From the NCBI GenBank assembly GCA_964016885.1, contig OZ024743.1, positions 131,378,001 to 131,442,000 of the forward strand: DNA of 64,000 nucleotides. The letters are read 5' to 3'. A model generated the notes under the pieces. It was not told the DNA's origin, ran no database searches, and saw only the letters and a program-made list of their open reading frames with translations. This DNA is from Eledone cirrhosa (Eukaryota). The first letter of the stretch is position 1, and every line of letters starts with the position of its first letter. Position numbers and translations under genes: made by a program. Of the stretch, positions 1-12,200 are shown one piece after another.

Positions 1-3000
1 TTTGGTGGTAGGTGCTTGGTGTTTGGTGCTTGGTGCTTGGTGTTTGGTGCCTGGTGCTTGGTGTTTGGTGTTTGGTGTTTGGTGCTTGGTGCTTGGTGTT
101 TGGTGTTTGCTGTTTGCTGTTTGTTGTTTGGTGTTTGCTGTTTGGTGTTTGGTGTTTGCTTTTTGGTGCTTGGTGTTTGATGCTTGGTGCTTGGTGCTTG
201 GTGTTTGGTGCTTGGTGCTTGGTGTTTGGTGTTTGGTGCTTGGTGCTTGGTGTTTGGTGCTTGCTCGTGGCTGCTTGGTGTTTCGTGCTTGGTGATTGGT
301 GCTTGGTGTTTGGTGCTTGGTGTTTGGTGTTTGGTGCTAGGTGCTTGGTGTTTGGTGCTTGGTGCTTGGTGTTTGTACTTGGTGCTTGGTCCTTGGTTCT
401 TGGTGTTTGGTGCTTGGTGCTTGGTGTTTGGTGCTTGGTGCTTGGTGTTTGGTGCTTGGTGTTTGGTGCTTGGTGTTTGGTGTTTGGTGCTTGGTGCTTG
501 GTGTTTGGTGCTTGGTGTTTGGTGCTTGGTGTTAGGTGTTTGGTGCTTGGTGCTTGGTGTTTGGTGTTTGGTGCTTGGCGTTTGGTGTTTGGTGTTATAT
601 GCTTGGTGTTTGATGCTTGGTGCTTGGTGCTTGGTGTTTGGTGCTTGGTGTTTGATGCTTGGTGCTTGGTGCTTGGTGTTTGGTGCTTGGTGCTTGGTGT
701 TTGTACTTGGTGCTTGGTGCTTGGTTCTTGGTGTTTGGTGCTTGGTGCTTGGTGTTTGGTGTTTGGTGCTTGGTGTTTGGTGCTTGGTGTTTGGTGCTTG
801 GTGCTTGGTGCTTAGTGCTTGGTGTTTGGTGCTTGGTGTTAGGTGTTTGGTGCTTGGTGCTTGGTGTTTGGTGTTTGGTGCTTGGTGTTTGGTGCTTGGT
901 GTTTGGTGCTTGGTGTTTGGTGCTTGGTACTTGGTGCTTGGTGCTTGGTGTTAGGTGTTTGGTGCTTGGTGCTTGGTGTTTGGTTTTTGGTGCTTGGTGC
1001 TTGGTGTTTGGTGTTTGGGGCTTGCTGCTGGCTGCTTGGTGTTTGGTGTTTGGTGTTTGGTGCTTGGTACTTGGTGCTTGGTGCTTGGTGTTAGGTGTTT
1101 GGTGCTTGGTGTTTGGTGTCTGGTTTTTGGTGCTTGGTGCTTGGTGTTTGGTGCTTGCTGCTGGCTGCTTGGTGTTTGGTGCTTGGTGATTGGTGCTTGG
1201 TGTTTGGTGCTTGGTGTTTGGTGTTTGGTGCTAGGTGCTTGGTGTTTGGTGCTTGGTGCTTGGTGTTTGTACTTGGTGCTTGGTGCTTGGTTCTTGGTGT
1301 TTGGTGCTTGGTGCTTGGTGTTTGGTGCTTGGTGCTTGGTGTTTGGTGCTTTGTGTTTGGTGCTTGGTGTTTGGTGCTTGGTGCTTGGTGCTTGGTGTTT
1401 GGTGCTTGGTGTTTGGTGCTTGGTGTTAGGTGTTTGGTGCTTGGTGCTTGGTGTTAGGTGTTTGGTGCTTGGTGTTTGGTGCTTGGTGTTTGGTGCTTGG
1501 TGCTTGGTGCTTGGTGCTTGGTGTTTGGTGGTTGGTGTTTGGTGCTTGGTGTTAGGTGTTTGGTGCTTGGTGCTTGGTGTTTGGTGTTTGGTGCTTGGTG
1601 TTTGGTGTTTGGTGCTTGGTGTTTGGTGCTTTTTGCTTGGTGCTTGGTGCTTGGTGTTTGGTGCTTGGTGCTTGGTGTTTGGTGCTGGGTGCTTGGTGTT
1701 TGGTGTTTGGTGTTATATGCTTGGTGTTTGATGCTTGGTGCTTGGTGCTTGGTGTTTGGTGTTTGGTGCTTGGTGTTTGATGCTTGGTGCTTGGTGCTTG
1801 GTGTTTGGTGCTTGGTGCTTGGTGTTTGGTGCTTGGTGCTTGGTGTTTAGTGCTTGGTGTTTGGTGCTTGGTGTTTGGTGCTTGGTGCTTGGTGCTTGGT
1901 GCTTGGTGTTTGGTGGTTGGTGCTTGGTGCTTGGTGTTAGGTGTTTGGTGCTTGGTGCTTGGTGTTTGGTGTTTGGTGCTTGGTGTTTGGTGTTTGGTGC
2001 TTGGTGTTTGGTGCTTGGTACTTGGTGCTTGGTGCTTGGTGTTAGGTGTTTGGTGCTTGGTGTTTGGTGTCTGGTTTTTGGTGCTTGGTGCTTGGTGCTT
2101 AGTGTTTGGTGCTTGGTGCTTAGTGTTTGGTGCTAGGTGCTTGGTGTTTGGTGCTTGGTGCTTGGTGTTTGGTGCCTGGTGCTTGGTGTTTGGTGTTTGG
2201 TGTTTGGTGCTTGGTGCTTGGTGTTTGGTGTTTGCTGTTTGCTGTTTGTTGTTTGGTGTTTGCTGTTTGGTGTTTGGTGTTTGCTTTTTGGTGCTTGGTG
2301 TTTGATGCTTGGTGCTTGGTGCTTGGTGTTTGGTGCTTGGTGCTTGGTGTTTGGTGTTTGGTGCTTGGTGCTTGGTGTTTGGTGCTTGCTGCTGGCTGCT
2401 TGGTGTTTGGTGCTTGGTGATTGGTGCTTGGTGTTTGGTGCTTGGTGTTTGGTGTTTGGTGCTAGGTGCTTGGTGTTTGGTGCTTGGTGCTTGGTGTTTG
2501 TACTTGGTGCTTGGTCCTTGGTTCTTGGTGTTTGGTGCTTGGTGCTTGGTGTTTGGTGCTTGGTGCTTGGTGTTTGGTGCTTGGTGTTTGGTGCTTGGTG
2601 TTTGGTGTTTGGTGCTTGGTGCTTGGTGTTTGGTGCTTGGTGTTTGGTGCTTGGTGTTAGGTGTTTGGTGCTTGGTGCTTGGTGTTTGGTGTTTGGTGCT
2701 TGGCGTTTGGTGTTTGGTGTTATATGCTTGGTGTTTGATGCTTGGTGCTTGGTGCTTGGTGTTTGGTGCTTGGTGTTTGATGCTTGGTGCTTGGTGCTTG
2801 GTGTTTGGTGCTTGGTGCTTGGTGTTTGTACTTGGTGCTTGGTGCTTGGTTCTTGGTGTTTGGTGCTTGGTGCTTGGTGTTTGGTGTTTGCTGTTTGGTG
2901 TTTGGTGCTTGGTGTTTGGTGCTTGGTGCTTGGTGCTTAGTGCTTGGTGTTTGGTGCTTGGTGTTAGGTGTTTGGTGCTTGGTGCTTGGTGTTTGGTGTT

Positions 3001-3230
3001 TGGTGCTTGGTGTTTGGTGCTTGGTGTTTGGTGTTAGGTATTTGGTGCTTGGTGTTTGGTGTTTGGTGCTTGGTGTTTGGTGCTTGGTGTTTGGTGCTTG
3101 GTGTTTGGTGCTTGGTACTTGGTGCTTGGTGCTTGGTGTTAGGTGTTTGGTGCTTGGTGCTTGGTGTTTGGTTTTTGGTGCTTGGTGCTTGGTGTTTGGT
3201 GTTTGGGGCTTGCTGCTGGCTGCTTGGTGT
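1..3230 (+). repeat. Higher-order duplication: ~1-1040 repeated at ~2126-3230 (offset 2125, later 2188)
   Basis: Matching ORF pairs 2/2127, 12/2137, 184/2309, 341/2466, 659/2784, and the same order of variant monomers. Confidence 0.9.
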
Positions 3231-6200
3231 TTGATGCTTGGTGATTGGTGCTTGGTGTTTTGTGCTTGGTGTTTGGTGTTTGGTGTTTGGTGCTAGGTGC
3301 TTGGTGTTTGGTGCTTGGTGCTTGGTGCTTGGTGTTTGGTGTTTGGTGTTAGGTGCTTGATGCTTGGTGTTTGGTGCTTGGTGCTGGGTGGTTGGTGTTT
3401 AGTGCTTGGTGTTTGGTGCTGGGTGCTTGGTGTTTGGTGCTTGGTGCTTGGTCTTTGGTGCTTGGTGTTTGGTGTTTGGTGCTTGGTGCTTGGTGCTTGG
3501 TGTTTGGTGCTTGGTGCTTGGTGTTTGGTGCTTGGTGCTTAGTGTTTGGTGCTTGGTGCTTAGTGTTTGGTGCTAGGTGCTTGGTGTTTGGTGCTTGGTG
3601 CTTGGTGTTTGGTGCCTGGTGCTTGGTGTTTGGTGTTTGGTGTTTGGTGCTTGGTGCTTGGTGTTTGGTGTTTGCTGTTTGCTGTTTGTTGTTTGGTGTT
3701 TGCTGTTTGGTGTTTGGTGTTTGCTTTTTGGTGTTTGGTGTTTGCTGTATGTTGGTTGCTGTTTGGTGTTTGGTGTTTGCTGTTTGGTGCTTGGTGTTCG
3801 GTGCTTGGTGCTTGGTGTTTGGTGCCTGGTGCTTGGTGCTTGGTGCTTGGTGTTTGGTGTTTGGTGCTTGGTGCTTGGAGTTTGGTGTTTTGTGCTTGGT
3901 GCTTGGTGTTTTGTGTTTCGTGTTTGGTTTTTGGTGCTTGGTGCTTGGTGTTTGGCGTTTGGTTCTTGGTTCTTGGTGTTTGGTGTTTGGCGTTTGGTGT
4001 TTGGTGCTTGGTGCTTGGTGTTTGGTGCTTGGTGCTTGGTGTTTGGTGCCTGGTGCTTGGTGCTTGGTGTTTGGTGTTTGGTGCTTGGTGCTTGGTGCTT
4101 GGAGTTTGGTGTTTGGTGCTTGGTGCTTTGTGTTTTGTGTTTGGTGTTTGGTTTTTGGTGCTTGGTGCTTGGTCCTTGGTGTTTGGTGCTGGGTGCTTTG
4201 TGTTTGGTGCTTGGTGCTTGGTGTTTGGTGTTTGCTGCTTGGTGTTTGATGCTTGGTGCTTGGTGCTTGGTGTTTTGTGTTTGGTGCTTGGTTCTTGGTG
4301 TTTGGTGCTTGGTGCTTGGTACTTGGTGTTTGTACTTGGTGCTTGGTGCTTGGTGTTTGGTTCTTGGTTCTTGGTGTTTGGTACTTGGTGCTTCGTGCTT
4401 GATGTTTGGTGTTTGGTGCTTGGTGTTTGGTGCTTGGTGCTTGGTGCTTGGTGTTAGGTGTTTGGTGCTTGGTCCTTGGTGTTTGGTGCTTGGTGTTTGG
4501 TGTTTGCTGTTTGGTGTTTGGTGTTTGGTGTTTGGTGTTTGCTGTTTGGTGTCTGCTTTTTGGTGTTCAGTGTTTGCTGTATGGTGTTTGGTGTTTGCTG
4601 TTTGGTGTTTGGTCTTTGGTCCTTGGTGTTTGGTGCTTGGTGCTTGGTGTTTGGTGTTTGGTGCTTGGTGCTTGGTGTTTGGTGTTTGGTGCTTGGTGTT
4701 TGGTGTTTGGTGCTTGGTGTCTGGTGCTTGGTGTTTGGTTTTTAGTGCTTGGTGTTTGGTGTTTGGTGTTTGGTGTTTGGTGCTTGGAGCTTGGTGTTTG
4801 GTGTTTGGTGCTTGGTGTCTGGTGCTTGGTGTTTGGTGTTTGGTGCTTGGTGTTTGGTGTTTGGTGTTTGGTGCTTGGTACTTGGTGCTTGGTGTTTGGT
4901 GTTTGGTGCTTGGTGTTTGGTGCTTGGTGCTGGGTGGTTGGTGTTTGGTGCTTGGTGTTTGGTGCTGGGTGCTTGGTGTTTGGTGCTGGGTGCTTGGTGT
5001 TTGGTGCTTGGTGCTTGGTCTTTGGTGCTTGGTGTTTGGTGCTTGGTGCTTGGTGCTTGGCGTTTGGTGGTTGGTGCTTGGTGTTTGGTGCTTGGTGCAT
5101 GGTGTTTGGTTTTTGGTGCTTGGTGCTTGGTGTTTGGTGTTTGGTGCTTGCTGCTGGCTGCTTGGTGTTTGATGCATGGTGATTGGTGCTTGGTGTTTGG
5201 TGCTTGGTGTTTGGTGTTTGATGCTTGGTGCTTGGTGCTTGGTGTTTGGTGCTTGGTGCTTGGTGTTTGGTGCTTGGTGCTTGGTGTTTGGTGCTTGGTG
5301 TTTGGTGCTTGGTGTTTGGTGCTTGGTGCTTGGTGCTTGGTGTTTGGTGGTTGGTGCTTGGTGCTTGGTGTTAGGTGTTTGGTGCTTGGTGCTTGGTGTT
5401 TGGTGTTTGGTGCTTGGTGTTTGGTGTTTGGTGCTTGGTGTTTGGTGCTTGGTACTTGGTGCTTGGTGCTTGGTGTTAGGTGTTTGGTGCTTGGTGCTTG
5501 GTGTCTGGTTTTTGGTGCTTGGTGCTTGGTGTTTGGTGTTTGGTGCTTGCTGCTGGCTGCTTGGTGTTTGGTGCTTGGTGATTGGTGCTTGGTGTTTGGT
5601 GTTTGGTGTTTGGTGTTTGGTGCTTGGTGATTGGTGTTTGTACTTGGTGCTTGGTGCTTGGTTCTTGGTGTTTGGTGCTTGGTGCTTGGTGTTTGGTGTT
5701 ATATGCTTGGTGTTTGATGCTTGGTGCTTGGTGCTTGGTGCTTGGTGTTTGGTGTTTGGTGTTTGATGCTTGGTGCTTGGTGTTTGGTGCTTGGTGCTTG
5801 GTGTTTGTACTTGGTGCTTGGTGCTTGGTGCTTGGTGTTTGGTGCTTGGTGCTTGGTGCTTGGTCCTTGGTGCTTGGTGTTTGGTGGTTGGTGTTTGGTG
5901 CTTGGTGTTAGGTGTTTGGTGCTTGGTGCTTGGTGTTTGGTGTTTGGTGCTTGGTGTTTGGTGTTTGGTGCTTGGTATTTGGTGCTTGGTACTTGCTGCT
6001 TGGTGCTTGGTGTTAGGTGTTTGGTGCTTGGTGTTTGGTGCTTGGTGTTTGGTGTTTGGTGCTTGGTGCTTGGTGCTTGGTGTTTGGTGGTTGGTGTTTG
6101 GTGCTTGGTGTTTGGTGCTTGGTGTTAGGTGCTTGGTGATTGGTGCTTGGTGTTTGGTGTTTGGTGCTTGGTGTTTGGTGTTTGGTGCTTGGTGTTTGGT

Positions 6201-9200
6201 GCTTTTTGCTTGGTGCTTGGTGCTTGGTGTTTGGTGCTGGGTGCTTGGTGCTTGGTGTTTGGTGTTATATGCTTGGTGTTTGATGCTTGGTGCTTGGTGC
6301 TTGGTGTTTGGTGTTTGGTGCTTGGTGTTTGATGCTTGGTGCTTGGTGCTTGGTGTTTGGTGCTTGGTGCTTGGTGTTTGGTGCTTGGTGCTTGGTATTT
6401 GGTGCTTGGTGTTTGGTGCTTGGTGTTTGGTGCTTGGTGCTTGGTGCTTGGGGCTTGGTGTTTGGTGGTTGGTGCTTGGTGCTTGGTGTTAGGTGTTTGG
6501 TGCTTGGTGCTTGGTGTCTGGTTTTTGGTGCTTGGTGCTTGGTGTTTGGTGCTTGTTGCTGGATGCTTGGTGTTTGGTGCTTGGTGATTGGTGCTTGGTG
6601 TTTGGTGCTTGGTGTTTGGTGTTTGGTGCTTGGTGTTTGTACTTGGTGTTTGGTGCTTGGTGTTTGGTGCTAGGTGCTTGGTGTTTGGTGCTTGGTGCTT
6701 GGTGTTTGGTGCCTGGTGCTTGGTGTTTGGTGTTTGGTGTTTGGTGCTTGGTGCTTGGTGTTTGGTGTTTGCTGTTTGCTGTTTGGTGTTTGTTGTTTGG
6801 TGTTTGTTGTTTGGTGTTTGCTGTTTGGTGTTTGGTGTTTGCTTTTTGGTGTTTGGTGTTTGATGTATGTTGTTTGCTGTTTGGTGTTTGGTGTTTGGTG
6901 TTTGGTGCTTGGTGCTTGGTGTTTGGTGCTTGGTGCTTGGTGTTTGGTGCCTGGTGCTTGGTGTTTGGTGTTTGGTGCTTGGTGCTTGGAGTTTGGTGTT
7001 TGGTGCTTGGTGCTTGGTGTTTCGTGTTTCGTGTTTGGTGCTTGGTGCTTGGTGCTTGGTCCTTGGTGTTTGGTGCTGGGTGCATTGTGTTTGGTGCTTG
7101 GTGCTTGGTGCTTGGTGCTTGGTGTTTGGTGTTTGCTGCTTGGTGTTTGATGCTTGGTGCTTGGTGCTTGGTGTTTTGTGTTTGGTGCTTGGTGCTTGGT
7201 GCTTGGTGTTTGGTGCTTGGTGCTTGGTGCTTGGTGTTTTGTGTTTGGTGCTTGGTGCTTGGTGTTTGGTGCTTGGTGCTGGGTGGTTGGTGTTTGGTGC
7301 TTGGTGTTTGGTGCTGGGTGCTTGGTGTTTGGTGCTGGGTGCTTGGTGTTTGGTGTTTGGTGCTTGGTGTTTGGTGCTTGGTGCTGGGTGGTTGGTGTTT
7401 GGTGATTGGTGTTTGGTGCTGGGTGCTTGGTGTTTGGTGCTGGGTGCTTGGTGTTTGGTGCTTGGTGCTTGGTCTTTGGTGCTTGGTGTTTGGTGCTTGG
7501 TGCTTGGTGCTTGGTGTTTGGTGCTTGATGCTTGGTGTTTGGTGCTTGGTGCTTGGGGTTTGGTTTTTGGTGCTTGGTGCTTGGTGTTTGGTGTTTGGTG
7601 CTTGCTGCTGGCTGCTTGGTGTTTGATGCATGGTGATTGGTGCTTGGTGTTTGGTGCTTGGTGTTTGGTGTTTGATGCTTGGTGCTTGGTGCTTGGTGTT
7701 TGGTGCTTGGTGCTTGGTGTTTGGTGCTTGGTGCTTGGTGTTTGGTGCTAGGTGTTTGGTGCTTGGTGTTTGGTGCTTGGTGCTTGGTGCTTGGTGCTTG
7801 GTGTTTGGTGGTTGGTGCTTGGTGCTTGGTGTTAGGTGTTTGGTGCTTGGTGCTTGGTGTTTGGTGTTTGGTGCTTGGTGTTTGGTGTTTGGTGCTTGGT
7901 GTTTGGTGCTTGGTGCTTGGTGCTTGGTGCTTGGTGTTAGGTGTTTGGTGCTTGGTGCTTGGTGTCTGGTTTTTGGTGCTTGGTGCTTGGTGTTTGGTGT
8001 TTGGTGCTTGCTGCTGGCTGCTTGGTGTTTGGTGCTTGGTGATTGGTGCTTGGTGTTTGGTGCTTGGTGTTTGGTGTTTGGTGCTTGGTGATTGGTGTTT
8101 GTACTTGGTGCTTGGTACTTGGTTCTTGGTGTTTGGTGCTTGGTGCTTGGTGCTTGGTGCTTGGTCCTTGGTGCTTGGTGTTTGGTGGTTGGTGTTTGGT
8201 GCTTGGTGTTAGGTGTTTGGTCCTTGGTGCTTGGTGTTTGGTGGTTGGTGTTTGGTGCTTGGTGTTAGGTGTTTGGTGCTTGGTGCTTGGTGTTTGGTGT
8301 TTGGTGCTTGGTGTTTGGTGTTTGGTGCTTGGTGTTTGGTGCTTGGTACTTGGTGCTTGGTGCTTGGTGTTAGGTGTTTGGTGCTTGGTGTTTGGTGCTT
8401 GGTGTTTGGTGCTTGGTGCTTGGTGCTTGGTGCTTGGTCCTTGGTGCTTGGTGTTTGGTGGTTGGTGTTTGGTGCTTGGTGTTAGGTGTTTGGTGCTTGG
8501 TGCTTGGTGCTTGGTGTTTGGTGCTTGGTGCTTGGTGCTTGGTGCTTGGTCCTTGGTGCTTGGTGTTTGGTGGTTGGTGTTTGGTGCTTGGTGTTAGGTG
8601 TTTGGTGCTTGGTGCTTGGTGTTTGGTGTTTGGTGCTTGGTGTTTGGTGTTTGGTGCTTGGTGTTTGGTGCTTGGTACTTGGTGCTTGGTGCTTGGTGTT
8701 AGGTGTTTGGTGCTTGGTGTTTGGTGCTTGGTGTTTGGTGCTTGGTGCTTGGTGCTTGGTGCTTGGTGTTTGGTGCTTGGTTCTTGGTGTTTGGTGCTTG
8801 GTGCTTGGTACTTGGTGTTTGTACTTGGTGCTTGGTGCTTGGTGTTTGATTCTTGGTTCTTGGTGTTTGGTACTTGGTGCTTCGTGCTTGATGTTTGGTG
8901 TTTGGTGCTTGGTGTTTGGTGCTTGGTGCTTGGTGCTTGGTGTTAGGTGTTTGGTGCTTGGTCCTTGGTGTTTGGTGCTTGGTGTTTGGTGTTTGCTGTT
9001 TGGTGTTTGGTGTTTGGTGTTTGGTGTTTGCTGTTTGGTGTCTGCTTTTTGGTGTTCAGTGTTTGCTGTATGGTGTTTGGTGTTTGCTGTTTGGTGTTTG
9101 GTCTTTGGTCCTTGGTGTTTGGTGCTTGGTGCTTGGTGTTTGGTGTTTGGTGCTTGGTGCTTGGTGTTTGGTGTTTGGTGCTTGGTGTTTGGTGTTTGGT

Positions 9201-12200
9201 GCTTGGTGTCTGGTGCTTGGTGTTTGGTTTTTAGTGCTTGGTGTTTGGTGTTTGGTGTTTGGTGTTTGGTGCTTGGAGCTTGGTGTTTGGTGTTTGGTGC
9301 TTGGTGTCTGGTGCTTGGTGTTTGGTGTTTGGTGCTTGGTGTTTGGTGTTTGGTGTTTGGTGCTTGGTACTTGGTGTTTGGTGTTTGGTGCTTGGCGTTT
9401 GGTGTTTGGTGTTATATGCTTGGTGTTTGATGCTTGGTGCTTGGTGCTTGGTGTTTGGTGCTTGGTGTTTGATGCTTGGTGCTTGGTGCTTGGTGTTTGG
9501 TGCTTGGTGCTTGGTGTTTGTACTTGGTGCTTGGTGCTTGGTTCTTGGTGTTTGGTGCTTGGTGCTTGGTGTTTGGTGTTTGGTGTTTGGTGTTTGGTGC
9601 TTGGTGTTTGGTGCTTGGTGCTTGGTGCTTAGTGCTTGGTGTTTGGTGCTTGGTGTTAGGTGTTTGGTGCTTGGTGCTTGGTGTTTGGTGTTTGGTGCTT
9701 GGTGTTTGGTGCTTGGTGTTTGGTGTTAGGTGTTTGGTGCTTGGTGTTTGGTGTTTGGTGCTTGGTGTTTGGTGCTTGGTGTTTGGTGCTTGGTGTTTGG
9801 TGCTTGGTACTTGGTGCTTGGTGCTTGGTGTTAGGTGTTTGGTGCTTGGTGCTTGGTGTTTGGTTTTTGGTGCTTGGTGCTTGGTGTTTGGTGTTTGGGG
9901 CTTGCTGCTGGCTGCTTGGTGTTTGATGCTTGGTGATTGGTGCTTGGTGTTTTGTGCTTGGTGTTTGGTGTTTGGTGTTTGGTGCTAGGTGCTTGGTGTT
10001 TGGTGCTTGGTGCTTGGTGCTTGGTGTTTGGTGTTTGGTGTTAGGTGCTTGATGCTTGGTGTTTGGTGCTTGGTGCTGCGTGGTTGGTGTTTAGTGCTTG
10101 GTGTTTGGTGCTGGGTGCTTGGTGTTTGGTGCTTGGTGCTTGGTATTTGGTGCTTGGTGTTTGGTGTTTGGTGCTTGGTGCTAGGTGCTTGGTGTTTGGT
10201 GCTTGGTGCTTGGTGTTTGGTGCCTGGTGCTTGGTGTTTGGTGTTTGGTGTTTGGTGCTTGGTGCTTGGTGTTTGGTGTTTGCTGTTTGCTGTTTGTTGT
10301 TTGGTGTTTGCTGTTTGGTGTTTGGTGTTTGCTTTTTGGTGTTTGGTGTTTGCTGTATGTTGTTTGCTGTTTGGTGTTTGGTGTTTGCTGTTTGGTGCTT
10401 GGTGTTCGGTGCTTGGTGCTTGGTGTTTGGTGCCTGGTGCTTGGTGCTTGGTGCTTGGTGTTTGGTGTTTGGTGCTTGGTGCTTGGAGTTTGGTGTTTGG
10501 TGCTTGGTGCTTGGTGTTTCGTGTTTCATGTTTGGTTTTTGGTGCTTTGTGCTTGGTGTTTGGCGTTTGGTTCTTGGTTCTTGGTGTTTGGTGTTTGGCG
10601 TTTGGTGTTTGGTGCTTGGTGCTTGGTGTTTGGTGCTTGGTGCTTGGTGTTTGGTGCCTGGTGCTTGGTGCTTGGTGTTTGGTGTTTGGTGCTTGGTGCT
10701 TGGTGCTTGGAGTTTGGTGTTTGGTGCTTGGTGCTTTGTGTTTTGTGTTTGGTGTTTGGTTTTTGGTGCTTGGTGCTTGGTCCTTGGTGTTTGGTGCTGG
10801 GTGCTTTGTGTTTGGTGCTTGGTGCTTGGTGTTTGGTGTTTGCTGCTTGGTGTTTGATGCTTGGTGCTTGGTGCTTGGTGTTTTGTGTTTGGTGCTTGGT
10901 TCTTGGTGTTTGGTGCTTGGTGCTTGGTACTTGGTGTTTGTACTTGGTGCTTGGTGCTTGGTGTTTGGTTCTTGGTTCTTGGTGTTTGGTACTTGGTGCT
11001 TCGTGCTTGATGTTTGGTGTTTGGTGCTTGGTGTTTGGTGCTTGGTGCTTGGTGCTTGGTGTTAGGTGTTTGGTGCTTGGTCCTTGGTGTTTGGTGCTTG
11101 GTGTTTGGTGTTTGCTGTTTGGTGTTTGGTGTTTGGTGTTTGGTGTTTGCTGTTTGGTGTCTGCTTTTTGGTGTTCAGTGTTTGCTGTATGGTGTTTGGT
11201 GTTTGCTGTTTGGTGTTTGGTCTTTGGTCCTTGGTGTTTGGTGCTTGGTGCTTGGTGTTTGGTGTTTGGTGCTTGGTGCTTGGTGTTTGGTGTTTGGTGC
11301 TTGGTGTTTGGTGTTTGGTGCTTGGTGTCTGGTGCTTGGTGTTTGGTTTTTAGTGCTTGGTGTTTGGTGTTTGGTGTTTGGTGTTTGGTGCTTGGAGCTT
11401 GGTGTTTGGTGTTTGGTGCTTGGTGTCTGGTGCTTGGTGTTTGGTGTTTGGTGCTTGGTGTTTGGTGTTTGGTGTTTGGTGCTTGGTACTTGGTGCTTGG
11501 TGTTTGGTGTTTGGTGCTTGGTGTTTGGTGCTTGGTGCTGGGTGGTTGGTGTTTGGTGCTTGGTGTTTGGTGCTGGGTGCTTGGTGTTTGGTGCTGGGTG
11601 CTTGGTGTTTGGTGCTTGGTGCTTGGTCTTTGGTGCTTGGTGTTTGGTGCTTGGTGCTTGGTGCTTGGCGTTTGGTGGTTGGTGCTTGGTGTTTGGTGCT
11701 TGGTGCATGGTGTTTGGTTTTTGGTGCTTGGTGCTTGGTGTTTGGTGTTTGGTGCTTGCTGCTGGCTGCTTGGTGTTTGATGCATGGTGATTGGTGCTTG
11801 GTGTTTGGTGCTTGGTGTTTGGTGTTTGATGCTTGGTGCTTGGTGCTTGGTGTTTGGTGCTTGGTGCTTGGTGTTTGGTGCTTGGTGCTTGGTGTTTGGT
11901 GCTTGGTGTTTGGTGCTTGGTGTTTGGTGCTTGGTGCTTGGTGCTTGGTGCTTGGTGTTTGGTGGTTGGTGCTTGGTGCTTGGTGTTAGGTGTTTGGTGC
12001 TTGGTGCTTGGTGTTTGGTGTTTGGTGCTTGGTGTTTGGTGTTTGGTGCTTGGTGTTTGGTGCTTGGTACTTGGTGCTTGGTGCTTGGTGTTAGGTGTTT
12101 GGTGCTTGGTGCTTGGTGTCTGGTTTTTGGTGCTTGGTGCTTGGTGTTTGGTGTTTGGTGCTTGCTGCTGGCTGCTTGGTGTTTGGTGCTTGGTGATTGG

